Assembly (NCBI RefSeq): GCF_964194155.1
Contig: NC_135904.1
Location: forward strand, 30,690,001-30,754,000
DNA from: Cetorhinus maximus
Taxonomy: Eukaryota
Direction of reading: 5' to 3'
Length of the DNA: 64,000 nt
Each line of letters opens with the position of its first letter. The stretch's first letter is position 1. Below, piece by piece: positions 61,926 to 64,000 of this stretch. The notes beneath the pieces are model-generated. The model saw nothing but the letters and a program-made list of their open reading frames with translations. It was not told the origin of the DNA and ran no database searches. Position numbers and translations under genes: made by a program.

Positions 61926-64000
61926 CTGTAAAATAACATCAATTGCATTTATATGTGGTAAAACGTCCCAAGGCATTTCACAGGAATGCAATCAAAGAAG
62001 AATTATTACTGGGCCAAAGAAGGAGACATTGAGCAAGAATTAATTGTCAGGATTACAGTGGAGTTAATGGTGCACACCATTATTTATATGCCACTTGGAC
62101 AGTAACTACAGGCAAGCGGAGACGCACAATTAAACATGGAAGTTCAGAAGTCAGTGTCTGAGATCTACTGCTCCTCTGTAAGTTCTGCAAAAATGGCATA
62201 TTTCCATCTGGCTTCCCAGTCAAATGTATTGAATCGCATACAGTTCCTGGACTTACATTGTCGATATAGACTAAACTTGCCAAGAAAGTTAGGGCTTGTC
62301 CATTTTAGTCTAAGTACACTTTTTAATGATGTTGCAAATTTAAATTACTGTTAAATAACCTCTCAGGCACTGAAATTGAATTTATAAATGTGGAATCTCA
62401 TTCCTTCTGATATTAATTGTTATTTTAAATTTTTTTAAAAATCATCTTTTCTACTTCTTTCTGGCTCATTTTTCTCTGTCTCTTAATCTAATCTTCTCCC
62501 CTTCTATTTTATTTTCTATACCTGATTTGACATTTGAGTTCACTATTCTAAACTTACACTTCCTTGTTCAGGCTGTGCACCATTCATTTCTCAATCGATC
62601 AGTCTTATTGATTAAGGAGACACAGCTGCTTGTGCTGTTCTTACAGGCCCTAAATGCCCTGTGGAGGGCGCCAGTCATTTGGATCTCTAATTCACAGCAA
62701 CTTCCAGTGCAAAAAGGTCAGATAAATTAAATGAGCAAAGTTAAATCTAGCAACCAGCAATGTCAAACACTCCTCAGCATCAGTATATTCTGGCTAGTTA
62801 GGATAAAAGTTTGGTCAAAGAGATAGGTTTTAAAGAGCATCTTAAAGGACAGGAGAGAGGTGGGCCAACCTTTTTAATCAGGTTTTTCGTCTCTTTAGCC
62901 TCACCCTTCTTAATATCTCTTTATTGAGCCCGTGTCAATTTTGTCTGATTACACTCCTGTGAATGACCATGCAAACTTTTCCTACTTAAAAGGCGCTATT
63001 TAAATGCAAGTTGTTGTTGTTACTCCACTTTCCTCCAACCACCTTTGTAACCTAACTTTAGGCACACCATTTAATGACCTTATCTGCATTGAAGATTTGA
63101 CATAAATGCTCCTTTTCACAGCTGCTTTTGATTCCTTTCCACTGAATCTGGAAAAAAACAGCTCATGTTTTCAAACTAAAATTGAAAATGATTAAAGAGT
63201 CAGCACATTGACACAACCTTTTGTCCTACACTTTCTGTTCATGATACATTTCTGTGCTTCATCATCTCATTTCCACAAGATACACATGTAACAAGTGGCT
63301 TCCTTTATGCCTAGCAACATTTGAAAGTGAGCTATACAGACCACAGTTTACATTTTTATGTGGTTTCTTATGACTTCTTACAGCAAGTAATTATTCCAAG
63401 CAATTTATAGTAGTTGTGCATTGTTTTTTACCCTTAAAGTGGCTTGAAAGTCATTAACAACTCCCTAAAGAGGTAAATATTACAGAAGATTCATATTTAG
63501 TCAAATGTATATGAGAATTGTTATTGAGTATTAGGTAAATAGAATTAAATTGATGGTCGGAAAATTGGAAACACCGTGACTCAGATGCCCTGACCTATAC
63601 ATTCGGTTCTTCCATTTGTGCTCAAGTCAAGCAAGATTCTCTACCAGAATCTCATCATATCAGGGCTACGACAGACACGGTAAAAATCCAGAAACTGGCA
63701 GATTGGCTTATTATTATCTAGACCACCTGGAATAACTAGCTTTTGAGTCATTGTACACTAATGGATTACAGCTGAGTTTAGCACAATGTTGAAAACGTAG
63801 ACTGGAGTTAATTGCGTTCTAAGTAAGATTACTGCTAGTGAAATCATACCACTGTGAACACTAACTTTGTTAACATTACTACAAGCGTAATGATTCCAGC
63901 CTTTGTATTTAAAATGGTATAGAATTCCTTAGTATAACATCATTTGAAATAACACAAGTAGCCTTCAAACTGTTTTAAAGTAACTGGGAATGTTTTTTTG

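Overview
Vertebrate, repeat-rich genomic DNA. The repeat families point to a cartilaginous fish (shark-like); this is inference. The only host protein-coding gene I can support is a B-type lamin on the minus strand, most similar to lamin LIII (lmnl3/lmnb3). Its coding exons 1-4 lie at 32312-31957, 16242-16086, 15979-15854 and 14124-13954, with canonical GT-AG sites and exon sizes of 356/157/126/171 nt. The canonical exon 5 onward was not found and is probably left of the window. Most of the rest is transposable-element debris: CR1, RTE and L2-type LINEs, a second CR1/L2-group LINE family ('LINE-B'), Deu-type tRNA SINEs, a Gypsy element lacking RT/RNase H, a Copia element with a tRNA-iMet PBS, a solo LTR, a near-complete two-gene PIF/Harbinger transposon, MITEs, two Penelope-like (GIY-YIG) fragments, two minisatellites flanking lamin exon 1, and a histone H2B fragment. 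The most notable signal is a dispersed set of roughly 100-240 bp elements carrying minimal type I hammerhead ribozyme motifs (CUGANGA...GAAACGUH). They fall into two families, several have target-site duplications, one is a head-to-head palindrome, and the same motif caps the Penelope-like GIY-YIG element at 48243-49640. TE boundaries were read by eye and are approximate unless a TSD, TIR or LTR end is cited.
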